A program made the position numbers and the translations under genes. A stretch of 64,000 nucleotides of DNA, taken from a virus. Positions 30,788 through 42,008 of the stretch are shown here, one piece after another (position 1 is the stretch's first letter; each line of letters begins with the position of its first letter). Under the pieces are notes generated by a model. It was not told where the DNA came from. It searched no databases and saw only the letters and a program-made list of their open reading frames with translations. The stretch spans positions 1 to 64,000 of the IMG/VR virus record IMGVR_UViG_3300036861_000330; one strand, written 5' to 3'.

Positions 30788-32290
30788 GTGATGCCAGTTA
30801 CAATCTCACTATGGGGTTTCCAACGCGAAGACGTGGAAAAGCTTCGACAACAAACCGGAGCACTACTCCTGAACGACATGGGAACCGGGAAAACTGTGGA
30901 GGCGGTCGAACGTGACCGCCTCCTCCGCCTTGACCGACCAAGTTTTGACAAACCGCTAACCCTTGTGGTTACGAAGATGGTTATTACTGAGCACTGGGAA
31001 CGTCACTTCAATTTGATGACACCAGACCTCAACATAAGCGTGTTTCGCAATGACAAGGATCGCGACGAGTTTTACGACGCACTTAAAAACCACACACATG
31101 ATGTGTATGTGCTGTACTGGCAGTGTCTTCGCAAGCCACCAGTAAGCGAACATGCTCGCTCGACATGGGCGCAGCGTGTGCTTGTACCACTGCTACTCAA
31201 GACGCAATGGTTCCACATCATTGCCGACGAGGCCCACAGGGCATCAAACCGGAAGTCGCAGCAGGCGTATGTACTGAAGCGGCTGAAGACACGATTCAAA
31301 ACCGCCGTAACTGGGACACCATTTGATAAACCACCACAGATGTGGTCAGTGCTCAACTGGTTATACCCCAAATCATACCGAAGTTTTTGGAAGTTTTTCG
31401 AGTCCTATGTCCAGTATACGGTTGTTCCACCGCTGAACTATAAGCAAATTATCGGCGTTAAGAACACTGAGGAACTTCGAAATGGCTACAACTCGTTTAC
31501 CGTTAGAAGACGAAAGCGAGATGTCCTTAAAGACTTACCAGACCGCTACTACACATCAGTGGTTGTGGACCTGGACCCGAAGCAGCGACGGGCATATAAC
31601 GCTATGCGTGACAGTCTTGTTGCCTGGATCGGTGAACGGGAAGATGAGATTTTGGTGGCAAGCGCCATCATCGCCCAGCTTCAACGATTGCAGCAGTTTG
31701 CTATCGCGCACGCTGAAATTGCAAAAAGCGGCGCGCTGGATCTTAGAGAGCCGTCTTCTAAGTTAGATGCGGTACAAGACATTTTGGAGGACGCACCTGG
31801 TGAGCAATTCGTCATCTTCAGTCAGTTTCGTGGAGCAGTCAGACTTTTGGAAACTCGTCTCCGAGGATTCGGAGAAAGCTTTAGTACTCTTACCGGCGAT
31901 ACTCCGAATCATGTACGAGGATCTGTCGTCGGTGATTTCCAAGCTGGACGTGTGCGTATCTTCGCCGGCACTATTGGAGCAGGCGGCGAAGGAATTGATC
32001 TCTTCGCATCGAACAAGGTTATCTTTCTTGATCGGAGCTGGTCACCCGCTGACAACGATCAAGCGGAATCTCGACTCCATCGTGCCGGACAGCGCAGTGC
32101 CGTCCAAGTAATTCACATCATGGCTCGTGACACGATTGATGCTGTAAAAGCTGAGAAGATCCAAATGAAGGCGAAGTGGTTCAAACAAATGCTGGGGGAT
32201 GATCGCAAGCTTATACAAACAGATATAAAAGCAATGCAACAAGACGCCGTGCAGACAGCACTCGACATTTTTGGAGTGGAAGGACCATGA
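30788..32290 (+). CDS. SNF2-family DNA helicase/ATPase
   Basis: DMGTGKT, DEAH, VTGTP, GGEGIDL, QAESRLHRAGQ. Confidence 0.93.
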   Translation: MMPVTISLWGFQREDVEKLRQQTGALLLNDMGTGKTVEAVERDRLLRLDRPSFDKPLTLVVTKMVITEHWERHFNLMTPDLNISVFRNDKDRDEFYDALKNHTHDVYVLYWQCLRKPPVSEHARSTWAQRVLVPLLLKTQWFHIIADEAHRASNRKSQQAYVLKRLKTRFKTAVTGTPFDKPPQMWSVLNWLYPKSYRSFWKFFESYVQYTVVPPLNYKQIIGVKNTEELRNGYNSFTVRRRKRDVLKDLPDRYYTSVVVDLDPKQRRAYNAMRDSLVAWIGEREDEILVASAIIAQLQRLQQFAIAHAEIAKSGALDLREPSSKLDAVQDILEDAPGEQFVIFSQFRGAVRLLETRLRGFGESFSTLTGDTPNHVRGSVVGDFQAGRVRIFAGTIGAGGEGIDLFASNKVIFLDRSWSPADNDQAESRLHRAGQRSAVQVIHIMARDTIDAVKAEKIQMKAKWFKQMLGDDRKLIQTDIKAMQQDAVQTALDIFGVEGP

Positions 32291-32751
32291 TTCGAAAGCA
32301 AGATAGACCATCGGTGTCAACTGGAAAGCGCCTAGACAACGCAAAAAAGTCACGAGAAGTTATTGAGAAGCTACTGAGCGATCCAGATGTTGATGTTCGT
32401 GACGATGGCACAGTGTGGAAGCGTGTTGTCAGTCACGATAACAAGATGACATATAAAACCAAGTCGGTAACTATAGCACGACTCATTCTTCTTAAGTATA
32501 CTGGCGTGCTGGTCGATGATCTGCCAGTGTCATTCAAAGACAACGACCCAACAAACTTGCGCCCCGACAACCTCTATCAGGGTCCAGCGTACTCGAAAGG
32601 AACACGCCGGCTTGGACAGTTGACATTCGGAGAGCTGACGGAGATCAGGGAGACCGACGACGGGACAGACGAGTCAAGACTACGTCTTGCCTACAGGTAC
32701 GGCGTGGCCACCAATGAAATCGACAAGATCCGTGAGCTAAAGATCAGCTAA
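32287..32751 (+). CDS. Degenerate HNH-like protein
   Basis: VSFKDNDPTNLRPDNL. Confidence 0.55.
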   Translation: MIRKQDRPSVSTGKRLDNAKKSREVIEKLLSDPDVDVRDDGTVWKRVVSHDNKMTYKTKSVTIARLILLKYTGVLVDDLPVSFKDNDPTNLRPDNLYQGPAYSKGTRRLGQLTFGELTEIRETDDGTDESRLRLAYRYGVATNEIDKIRELKIS

Positions 32752-32763
32752 CGAAAGGGTTAC

Positions 32764-33726
32764 GTGATGAGTATGACCGAGCACAATCAACTACCAGCAG
32801 CAAGACCGTATGTGAAAGACCAGAACCAGATCGACTACCGGTACGCTGTTATTCCATTGAACCAAATCACAATCGACAAGCGGTATCAGCGTCCGCTCAA
32901 TGAGGCACGGCTGCAACGGATGGTCAATAACTTTCAGCGAAACCTACTCGGTGTACTGGTGCTTTCACTGCGCCATGACGGTCGATACTACGCATTGGAT
33001 GGCCAGCACCGGTTCCGGTTGCTGAACAAGGTTGGGTGGACAACCGCGCCATCGATCGTGTATGAGAATCTAGCTGAAGCACAAGAAGCAATGCTGTTTG
33101 AGCAGATGAACACACAGCGTGCGACACCAGATGCGTTGACGCTATTCCGCGCGAAGGTGATGGGTGGCGATGTCAATGCAATTAAGGTGCTCGACATCTT
33201 GACGGGTCAGGGCTGGGAAGTGCCAGAACGCCCAGGCTTTAAGACACACAAGCCGGGCACAATGAGTGCCATCCGCTCCTGTGAACTGGCATACGAACGG
33301 TATGGCCCGGAAGTGTTTGAGATTACCGTGAACGTCTTGCGTAATGCCTGGCCACACAGCTCTGTTGCTGGCTCGTCCAAGTTGGTGCTTGGGCTCTCGA
33401 AGATGATCATGCTGTTTTACGACATTTTGAAAGTGAAGCGCCTGTTTGCAAAGCTTCAAGTGACAACGCCAGGTGCGATCCTCACTCGCGGCAGCCAACT
33501 CAAAGACGCAATCCCAGGACTGAACAAGGCTGAAGACAGCGTCGGCATGGCCCTGTGGGGGCAGTACACATCGAACATGCGGAACAAGCTGCCTAGCTGG
33601 GAAACAAGAAAGCTTAGGAAAAGCCAGAAGACCGGTAAGTATGTGGTGCAACGGCTAACGATTGAGCAGGAGTTTCCCGACGAGCCTGACGAAGAGACTG
33701 CTGAAACTGCTGAAACTGCTGAGTGA
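32764..33726 (+). CDS. ParB/Srx-like protein (DUF6551-like)
   Basis: IDKRYQRPL...YYALDGQHR. Confidence 0.8.
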   Translation: MMSMTEHNQLPAARPYVKDQNQIDYRYAVIPLNQITIDKRYQRPLNEARLQRMVNNFQRNLLGVLVLSLRHDGRYYALDGQHRFRLLNKVGWTTAPSIVYENLAEAQEAMLFEQMNTQRATPDALTLFRAKVMGGDVNAIKVLDILTGQGWEVPERPGFKTHKPGTMSAIRSCELAYERYGPEVFEITVNVLRNAWPHSSVAGSSKLVLGLSKMIMLFYDILKVKRLFAKLQVTTPGAILTRGSQLKDAIPGLNKAEDSVGMALWGQYTSNMRNKLPSWETRKLRKSQKTGKYVVQRLTIEQEFPDEPDEETAETAETAE

Positions 33727-34052
33727 AGGCAGTTGCCTTTTGGTGTGGGTACGCTGTCGTGTCAGTAAACACGACAGCGTATCTCACTGCCAAAATGGGA
33801 ATGCGAGAAGACTAATGAGCAACGACTGCGAGGGAAAGCGTCGCTACTTATCAAAAGCCACCGCCGAACGAGGTGCTGGGCAGCTTGGCTCACTCTCACT
33901 GATGGCCTACGAGCACGATGACCACTGGCATATCGGCCATCCGGGCAAACGGTCACGCACGGCGCGACGCAAGGCGCGACGCAAGCGGAAGGGTAGCCAG
34001 TCGCAATACCGAAGTGGCCCAGACTGGACTCCAACAATCGGAGATGTAAGCG

Positions 34053-34460
34053 ATGGCAAAACTCGTCGTGCTGCGGTTTGAAGATGACGCCGAAGCAGAT
34101 GAATTTTGCAACAGTAAGATCCTTTATGAAGAGCCGTATTATCATCCAGTGGAAGCAACATCGGTCACTGTAGAAGGTGTCTATAAAACGCCGACACTGT
34201 TTTGCGAGTGTACTGACGGCGGCAAGGCGTGGGCGCGCGGCAGTACCAGAGGATGGTGGGTCCATGCGCTCACGCCGCCAGACAAGTCAGGTTGCGGAAA
34301 ACCGTCCCCATCTTGGGGAGAAAATCATCGGTCAGTCATTGGGTCGGCGGTCAATGAGATCGAGCGGCCATCAAAAAATACTGAGGAACTGTATGTGACC
34401 AACGCCACTGCTAAGGAGGCGTTACCGGTTGTTGAAGAGGAACCCGTACCTTCCACCTGA
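34053..34460 (+). CDS. Hypothetical protein
   Basis: GGAG SD, 135 aa. Confidence 0.7.
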   Translation: MAKLVVLRFEDDAEADEFCNSKILYEEPYYHPVEATSVTVEGVYKTPTLFCECTDGGKAWARGSTRGWWVHALTPPDKSGCGKPSPSWGENHRSVIGSAVNEIERPSKNTEELYVTNATAKEALPVVEEEPVPST

Positions 34461-35197
34461 GTACTGTCCACGTTGTGGTGCTTCTAAAATGTCGATGAAC
34501 AGGAAACCAGGGTCTCAACCATTCGCGAGTGATGGTCCTTGGCAATGTTGCATTTGCACTTGGACGGAGGACCATGACGATCGAGTTATGGACAATGCAG
34601 GTAACAAAACCAGACGGGTCTGATGGTCTCTACGATTTATTCTTCTCCGAAGTGGAAGCGGTGGAGTGGAAGCCGCCATTCCCAGTGAAAGAGATGTTTC
34701 CTCGGCAAATTATGGTTGTTACAACAGACCCGAAGTTCGTAGTACCATACACTGAGGAGTAAAAGTGTTCGAGTTCTTTCGAAACTGGCGAGAAACCGGC
34801 AGTATTAGCGAAGCATTTTATTACAAGCAGACTGGCACGCGGCGTGTGCAGTCCTACGGCGTCTGGTCACATCCTGCTGGCGATACGAAACCAAAGCACA
34901 GAGGTATCTTTGGTATTTTTGGTAGTGGAACTAATGATGAAGGGTTAAACGAAATTATAAAAGACGCATACGACGCCAGGATTAGGAACCAGGACTTTAG
35001 GCAGAACCAAGGCCAAGCAAACTATCAGTTGGGAAATCCTTCTCCTCCTGTGACTGGTGGCTTTTTCGGCCCAACACCAACAGGTTATCAGGATATGAAC
35101 GGAATGTGGCATGATAACTAGCTAAATGGCACACTGGTTGGGTAAGTAAAGTGAGCAATGGTCAACCATTGCTCACTTTACTCATCCAAAAGCCATA

Positions 35198-36343
35198 ATG
35201 GAGGAACCCGTGCTTATTAGTGTTAACAAGGCTACGAGAAAGCACATTATTCGAACAAGTGACAGAGGAACATTTAAAAAGTGCCGGCAACTCTGGGACT
35301 TTACTAGTAAGATTCGGTACGACTACGAGCCACTGGTCGCGAAAGACTATTTTGATTTCGGTACTGCATGGCACGCAGCAATGGAAGCGTATTACGAGCC
35401 TGAGATGTGGAACGACACGAACAAAGGTGACCAAGGGCTTACGTTGCTTGCATTTCTGAAGACAACCAATGATCAGCGCCTTGCATACGATAAGCTTGGC
35501 CTGCTTGATGTTGAGCTTGACCAGGATTTCGACAGTCGAGTCGAGCTTGGCAAAGGCATGCTGTACCACTACTTCGAGTGGTCAGCCGGTAACGACGACT
35601 TCACACCGGTCGCTGTTGAACAAGAGTTCGAAGTCCAGATCGGCTACGAAGGCCCAGGTGGGTTGTACTTTGGATCACAGTACAAAGACATGCCTGAGTC
35701 AGATCTCGTTGTCCCGGTCTATTATCAAGGACGACTTGACGGCCTCGTAAAGGGTAGTGACGGTCGGTACTGGATCTTGGAACACAAAACGTCGAGCCAT
35801 GAAACAAGTACATCGTGGCTCGACATGGATGAACAAACAGGCTCCTATATATTTGCACTTGAAGAGAAGTTGAACATCGATATCGTTGGTGTGATCTGGA
35901 CACGAGCAATGAAACGCTTTCCAGTTCCACCGAGTCACAACAAGAAAGGCAAGACGCTCTCAACAGATCGCCGCCAGCCCACAACGGCAAAGCTCTTTCT
36001 TGAAGAACTACACAATGTTGGTGAGACGCTGGCAACGCACCCAGACTACGCAGAGTACTTCCAGTTTCTTCTCGATCCTGATGCCGCGCCGAGGTTCATT
36101 CACCGAGAGCGGATCGAACGTAGCCGTGAGATGACCGATGACATCGGGCGGCGTATCCTGATGGAAGCAGAAGATATGTTGGACAACCCACATATCTACC
36201 CAACGGTCACGCCAATGAACTGTAACTCGTGCCCGTTCAAAGGACCATGTCTTGCGCGCCAGGAGGGTTCTGACTGGGTCTTTATGTTGGAGTCGTCATT
36301 CAGAAAGCGTGGCACGGAGGGCGCAATGGAGCTACCGAAATGA
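35198..36343 (+). CDS. Cas4/RecB-like PD-(D/E)XK exonuclease
   Basis: KKCRQ, FGTAWH, GRLDGL, ILEHKT, C-terminal CNSCPFKGPC (Fe-S cysteines). Confidence 0.9.
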   Translation: MEEPVLISVNKATRKHIIRTSDRGTFKKCRQLWDFTSKIRYDYEPLVAKDYFDFGTAWHAAMEAYYEPEMWNDTNKGDQGLTLLAFLKTTNDQRLAYDKLGLLDVELDQDFDSRVELGKGMLYHYFEWSAGNDDFTPVAVEQEFEVQIGYEGPGGLYFGSQYKDMPESDLVVPVYYQGRLDGLVKGSDGRYWILEHKTSSHETSTSWLDMDEQTGSYIFALEEKLNIDIVGVIWTRAMKRFPVPPSHNKKGKTLSTDRRQPTTAKLFLEELHNVGETLATHPDYAEYFQFLLDPDAAPRFIHRERIERSREMTDDIGRRILMEAEDMLDNPHIYPTVTPMNCNSCPFKGPCLARQEGSDWVFMLESSFRKRGTEGAMELPK

Positions 36344-36921
36344 CAGAAGCAGAACGAAAGGTACTTGAGGCGAAGCGTGACAAAGTAAGACTGAATGCTG
36401 ATAAACCAAAAACGGAAAAGATGAAGTACTTCCTCAAAGGTGAAGCAGCAGGACTCACCTGGGTACTCTCGGAGTTTGAAGTGGACGATGCTGTATCGAT
36501 AAACGAGTATATTAGGATCCAAGAATCGAGGAGTGTGATGCCACCATTGTATTTTCACCAGGAGTCGGGTACTGCGTCGCTGTATAATCAAGCATCCGAA
36601 GATGCAGGTGGTGAGCGATGGCAAACCTTCAGGTTTGTTCGGTGGGCAACAGAAGGCGAACTTCTGCTCCTCGATATTGGCGATGACAGTACTAAACGGG
36701 TTATCGCGCGGCCATGTCATGATCTTTGTGAACTGATTCTGGACGACCAGCCGCGTTGACAAGCGTGGTGGGCTAGCCAAGCTGCGCTTTACCTCGTGGT
36801 TGACGCGCCATACCTATGCGAAAGCGCCCGGTATCTACAGTCACGCCATGTCCGGACATAGCGTGCCGTATCAGCCGGTAAGGATGGACCGCTAGTCCCA
36901 CCACTTTTTCCAGTAAAGTGC

Positions 36922-37426
36922 CGGCGCCTAAGCCAGCAGCGAGAGTCTTGTCTTCAATCGGCGTCTATCACATTGCTGTGTAGTTAACACCCTGTCGGCG
37001 CCTACACATAGGGCGGAGATCTGTGTCAACTCGGCGCCAAGACAGTAGGGAGGAGGTTTACAGTGTTTGGAGACAGTTCTTCTGTTGGTTCACATACTAA
37101 CAGTATCAAGAGGGAAGCGCCACCGGTCGCGTGGTGGGCGTTTAACCCGAATGGTATCCGTCCAGACCCGAAGCGGTAACCAAAGAATTGGGCGGCGCAG
37201 TGGTAAAACCGAGCATGCGCCAAGGTTGGAGGAGCAGTGAAGGCGGAACGAGATTAAAGGTGTGATGGCCCTTTGATCTTGAGCGCCGACGGACATAAGC
37301 CTTCGCCCACAGCATACCTTCGTGGGTGCTGTGACCGTAAGTCGCAGGCCGAGATAACGCTGCGCCGTCCAATTTCTAGTTATAGCGCCTAAGCGGACAG
37401 CGAGTATCTATTGCGAGCCCGGCGCT
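36922..37426 (+). repeat. TIGR-like units (36922-37038, 3 units; 37385-37426, 1 unit)
   Basis: Same consensus; the last unit precedes tRNA-Thr. Confidence 0.8.
37187..37374 (+). ncRNA. Candidate structured RNA
   Basis: AATTGGGCGGCGCAGTG pairs with CGCTGCGCCGTCCAATT; internal hairpins. Confidence 0.55.
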
Positions 37427-37434
37427 ACAGGAGT

Positions 37435-37507
37435 GCCCACCTAGCTCAGTTGGTAGAGCATTTCCTTGGTAAGGAAAAGGTCATCGGTTCAATCCCGATG
37501 GTGGGCT
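37435..37507 (+). tRNA. tRNA-Thr(GGT)
   Basis: Cloverleaf. Confidence 0.92.
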
Positions 37508-37700
37508 CGTTGGCAGGAAGGGTGCCCAAGGAATACTTGAATACCTGGGGATGCGTGGGGAGCCGGGCCTATGCGAACACGGTCCACGTTAGTTGCGACC
37601 CCCTCCTGCCAATAACATCATGGGAAAGGAACTACTGTGCAAGAAATAGGACTACTATAAGAAAGGTGGTGAACGCATAGCACTAACGGATCAGCCAGTA

Positions 37701-38447
37701 TTGACAGAGAGGACAATTGGCGGGTTACCAGTTCGCCAGTTGAAACGGGCATATCGCCCGATGAACCTTCTTGTCTACGGCGATCCAGGCGTGGGGAAGA
37801 CGTACTTTTGTGGAAGTGCGGACGATGTGCCCGCGTTACGAAAAGTCCTCATTCTGGATGTTGAGGGCGGAACAATGTCGTTGGAGTTGAACTACTCTAA
37901 TGTCGATGTTGTTCGTATTACCGAGTTCAAGGTTATGCAAAGTATATACGACGATTTACTACGATCCGCAGATCATGGATACGGTTGCGTCGTGTTGGAC
38001 TCTCTTACAGAGATCCAAAAACTGTCAATGGCAGGAATCATGAAAGGAGCCTCGGTAGAGAACCCTGATATGGACCCGGACATGCCAAGGATGCGTGACT
38101 GGGGTAAGAACATCGAGCAGATTCGGAAGTTAGTACGAGCATTCAGAGATCTTCCAATACCAACGCTGTTCACAGCGTTGGCAATGGACGATAAGGATAA
38201 TCGAACTGGCAACGTTCAAAAGAAACCCTCATTGAGTGGCAAGCTTGCGAATGAAGCAGCCGGGTTCGTAGATATTGTTGGCTACTTGTACGTTAAGGAT
38301 ATAAATAGCCAACAGATTCGCTATATGCTGACGAGTTCAGCAGAGGGGATTGTGGCAAAGGACCGGTCCAACCGGTTGCCACCGCTTATTGAATCTCCTA
38401 CCATGAGTGAAATCTACGAATTGGTGAGGGGAAAGCCAGTTGACTGA
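37701..38447 (+). CDS. AAA ATPase (Sak4-like recombination protein)
   Basis: LVYGDPGVGKT, LDVEGG, VVLDSLT, AKDR. Confidence 0.88.
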   Translation: MTERTIGGLPVRQLKRAYRPMNLLVYGDPGVGKTYFCGSADDVPALRKVLILDVEGGTMSLELNYSNVDVVRITEFKVMQSIYDDLLRSADHGYGCVVLDSLTEIQKLSMAGIMKGASVENPDMDPDMPRMRDWGKNIEQIRKLVRAFRDLPIPTLFTALAMDDKDNRTGNVQKKPSLSGKLANEAAGFVDIVGYLYVKDINSQQIRYMLTSSAEGIVAKDRSNRLPPLIESPTMSEIYELVRGKPVD

Positions 38448-38925
38448 ATCAGGATTCCGAATCAACTTCGCGCAAACGGAGCGTGTCAAGCCACTGACAT
38501 CGATCCCAGCGGGAGTCTACAAGGCATATGTCTTTGACCTTGAGTGGGGAGAGACAAGCGAAGAGTCCAAGAACCCTGGTGAGACGAAGCTGAAGGTCAC
38601 GTTCAAAATCAACGGTGGGCCACATGACGGCCGTCAGCAGTTCCGTACGTACACCTTTAGTCTGAAGTCACTGCCATTCTTTTTGCAACTCGCCGAGGCA
38701 ACGGGCAAGTGCTCGAAGGCCCAGATCGAGGGGAAGGCAGATATCACGCCAGCCGACGTGGACAACTGGCGTGGTGCTGAAGTTGCAATCTCAGTGAATC
38801 GCAAGAAGGATTCTCAGTACGGGTTAGAGGATGGGTTCTCAAACGCTGTTCGCAATGTGTACAACCTCTCCGACCCAAACGCTGCAAAAGCAACGGTGAG
38901 TCCAACCGATCCTCGCATGCCGTAA
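38440..38925 (+). CDS. DUF669-like ssDNA-binding protein
   Basis: IPAGVYKA...KVTFKI..G.HDGR; follows the Sak4-like gene. Confidence 0.75.
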   Translation: MTESGFRINFAQTERVKPLTSIPAGVYKAYVFDLEWGETSEESKNPGETKLKVTFKINGGPHDGRQQFRTYTFSLKSLPFFLQLAEATGKCSKAQIEGKADITPADVDNWRGAEVAISVNRKKDSQYGLEDGFSNAVRNVYNLSDPNAAKATVSPTDPRMP

Positions 38926-38927
38926 TT

Positions 38928-39119
38928 GGCGCCTTGATCAGGAACGAAAATCTACAGCCGTGACGGCGCCTGTCTGACATGCGAAAATCTAAGTGAGCCA
39001 CGGCGCCTGTATGAGTAGCGGTTTAGAGCTAGAGAATCCTCGGCGCCTATTGTAACACGAAAAGCTAGGAGTCTATCGGCGCCTGAATCCCCACGCGAGG
39101 CTTTAACCTGTCGGCGCCT
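38928..39119 (+). repeat. TIGR-like array, 5 units
   Basis: Starts 2 nt after the SSB stop codon. Confidence 0.88.
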
Positions 39120-39265
39120 GAAGCGCAAGGGAAGTAGGCAGGGTAGATAGGCATCTGCCGGATATCGTTTGAAGAAGGCAGACACAATTCCCTGAAACTG
39201 GGAAGTAGCTGACAGTGCCCTGTCTGCCCTGCCTACACTTCTCTAGAGCAAAGAAAGGGGGACAA

Positions 39266-41437
39266 TTGAATGCAGTGATTGCCCCTGACGCAGCAAAGCA
39301 CCAAGAAGTATTCCTTTCTCATATCTTCGGGGATCTTACTGGCTATCTTTGTATTGCATGTAAAAGTGGTGCGAACTATTTCGAGCGGTTCTTCTGGTAC
39401 CCCAATGATATACAGGACGCACTTGAGTTCATCGGCAAACAGTACGCCACCCATGATATCTATTACTGTGCACAGTTGTTACGAGACCAGCGGCGTATAA
39501 AAGACAACGTTGAACTTTGCACCGCCGCATGGGCAGATCTCGACGCATGTGCACCAACAAATCTTTTAGTAGAAGCATCAATTGCGCTTGAGTCAAGCCC
39601 AGGACGCTACCAAGCCCTGTGGGTCTTGGAGCAGCCACAGGATGCGATTGAAGTCGAACAACTCTCAAAACGTATTGCGTATTTTCATCGTAAGCAAGGC
39701 GCCGACGTGTCTGGGTGGGACTTGACGCAACTGCTCCGCGTCCCATTGACATGGAATCATAAATACAACACAATTCCAAAGCCCTTTGTTAAGGTGATTA
39801 GTGTTCATGTAGCAAAGTATCGAGTCAGTGACTTCACAAAGTATCCACCGATACCAAGCGAGACCATTGAGTTCGGTCCAATACCTGACACGACAAATGA
39901 ACTATCCGCAGATGAACTGCTACAAAAGTACCAGTCGTTTCTGCCAGCAGTAGCATATGAACTGTTTGCTACTACCCCAGTTGAGGACTGGTCAAAGAGC
40001 TTATGGCAGCTTGAGATGCTACTCGGCGAAGCAGGCATGTCGGAAAAAGAGATGTTTGTTGTAGCAAGGGTATCGCGGTGTAACAAGTACGAACGTGATG
40101 GAAAAACAGACTCACCATTGTGGAAAGAAGTGCAAAAGGCATACGCCACTGTACAACAAAAACGTGATGCACTTCGTAGACTTACAAATCAGCCACTTGA
40201 CGCACTGTGGACTGATGACGAGGCCGGTGAGGTGGATGACAGCCGAACCATTGTTGAACGGTATGTTGCCTGGGCGTCAACGCAAACTGACGCTGCGCCC
40301 GCATACCACCACGCAGGTGCATTAATGATTTTATCGACAATGCTCTCTGGATCAATTCGGTTGCCGCTACGCCACGCAACACTCATTCCAAATCTTTGGT
40401 TCATGATACTTGGCGATACGACGCTCACGCGCAAGTCCACGGCGATGCGACTTGCGTCTGGAATCTTGAAACAAATCGCTCCTGGCTCACTTCTTGCAAC
40501 TGACGGATCTGTTGAAGGATTACTAACAAATTTAGCGACACGCCCAGGGGTTCCGTCGCTGTTTCAACGTGACGAGTTTTCTGGGTTATTAGAAAACATG
40601 GCAAAGAAAGATTACTACGCTGGAATGCAGCAGGACTTCATTAAGCTGTACGACGGCGACCACGTCAAGCGGGTACTACGATCGACAACAATTGAGGTTG
40701 TCGATCCGGTCTTTATTTTGTATGTCGGAGGTATTCGTGAAAAGATTTACGAGCAACTGACTGATGAACACGTCGCTAACGGGTTCGTTCCACGTTTCCT
40801 CTTCTATATTGCGGAGAGCAGTGTCGATGATCTGGAAGACGCTGAGTTGTTTGATGTTCCAGACTACGAGGCACGTGACAGACTTATTGATGAACTACGT
40901 GAGGTTTACGATGGGTTCACCGGTGTCGAAGATCTTCGGTACGGCGAAGCAAAAATCCATAAGACGAAGGTATGGCAAGCAACCGCGACAAAAGAAGCAC
41001 TACAACGCTGGAATGTACTGAACCGCACGATGCTGAAAGACGCACAAAAGATGGACAATCCAACCCTCTTCCTGCCAGTCTTTCAGCGTCTCGCAGACAG
41101 TACATTAAAAACAAGTCTCCTCCTTGCGGCTGCTCGCGCACCTGGTGAACCGATCGTGATCGAACTTATTGATGTGTTACAAGCGATCAAGTACACAAGG
41201 CAGTGGCGTGACTGGGCATGTGAAGTGATGGAAAACGTTGGTGCTTCACCATTCGAAAACCGTATGAAAAAGATGTTTGCTGCAATCAACCGCAAACCTG
41301 GTATCTCACATGCAGAAATCCTGCGCAGCTACAAAATCAACGCTCGCGACGTAAAACTATTTATCGAGACACTCGAACAACGCGACGAGATTCGTGTCAT
41401 CAGGAAAGGTGGTACAGCGAACTACTTTCCTATATAG
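39266..41437 (+). CDS. RepB-like primase fused to a DUF3987-type helicase-like domain
   Basis: WADLD, ESSPGRYQALW, LLRVP..WNHKY; TRKSTA, DEFSG, GFVPRF. Confidence 0.85.
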   Translation: MNAVIAPDAAKHQEVFLSHIFGDLTGYLCIACKSGANYFERFFWYPNDIQDALEFIGKQYATHDIYYCAQLLRDQRRIKDNVELCTAAWADLDACAPTNLLVEASIALESSPGRYQALWVLEQPQDAIEVEQLSKRIAYFHRKQGADVSGWDLTQLLRVPLTWNHKYNTIPKPFVKVISVHVAKYRVSDFTKYPPIPSETIEFGPIPDTTNELSADELLQKYQSFLPAVAYELFATTPVEDWSKSLWQLEMLLGEAGMSEKEMFVVARVSRCNKYERDGKTDSPLWKEVQKAYATVQQKRDALRRLTNQPLDALWTDDEAGEVDDSRTIVERYVAWASTQTDAAPAYHHAGALMILSTMLSGSIRLPLRHATLIPNLWFMILGDTTLTRKSTAMRLASGILKQIAPGSLLATDGSVEGLLTNLATRPGVPSLFQRDEFSGLLENMAKKDYYAGMQQDFIKLYDGDHVKRVLRSTTIEVVDPVFILYVGGIREKIYEQLTDEHVANGFVPRFLFYIAESSVDDLEDAELFDVPDYEARDRLIDELREVYDGFTGVEDLRYGEAKIHKTKVWQATATKEALQRWNVLNRTMLKDAQKMDNPTLFLPVFQRLADSTLKTSLLLAAARAPGEPIVIELIDVLQAIKYTRQWRDWACEVMENVGASPFENRMKKMFAAINRKPGISHAEILRSYKINARDVKLFIETLEQRDEIRVIRKGGTANYFPI

Positions 41438-41678
41438 GAGGCGTGTTGTCGGGCGAGTGGATTTACAAAGGGTTTGGTATCGACGGCGACCAGGTCGCCT
41501 TTGCGATGGAAAGCCCCACAGGGGCACGGGTGAGTGTGCAGTGGCCAATGAACGAGAACGATCAAGAGGAGGTAGCTGACTTTATCAACCGGATGGAGCC
41601 CAGAGTTCTTGAGCATTTAACAAGCGAGACGAGCAGCTTTGAGCCAAGCGGAGGGAACGGGTTCAAGGCGGATGAGGG

Positions 41679-42008
41679 GTGATCGATCTGGCGGTGACGC
41701 AGCGGACGATCTTCAAGTGGGTGTGTCGGAACTTCCCATCCACTGACGCGAAAAGTGACGCGAAAAGCCAGCTCCTCAATATTGGTGAGGAAGTCGGAGA
41801 ACTAATGCGCTGCGAGCTAAAGGGGTCGCAAGGAATTCGAGGTGATGACTGGGACGAACAGGCAAAGAAAGAGTTTGGTGATGTTATCTTGTCGCTGCTG
41901 TGTTATGCGTCGCTCAAGGGCTTTGATGCGGAGGAGGTAATTACTGCACGAATGAAGGAAGTGACTGTTCGCGACTGGCTTGCGAACAAGCTGACTGGCG
42001 GCGCCTAA
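41679..42008 (+). CDS. MazG-like nucleotide pyrophosphohydrolase
   Basis: IGEEVGEL...KEFGDV. Confidence 0.88.
   Translation: MIDLAVTQRTIFKWVCRNFPSTDAKSDAKSQLLNIGEEVGELMRCELKGSQGIRGDDWDEQAKKEFGDVILSLLCYASLKGFDAEEVITARMKEVTVRDWLANKLTGGA

Noticed and set aside
35198-36343. CRISPR adaptation Cas4
   Set aside because: Lies in the usual phage exonuclease, ATPase, SSB recombination module. A role in spacer acquisition cannot be supported.
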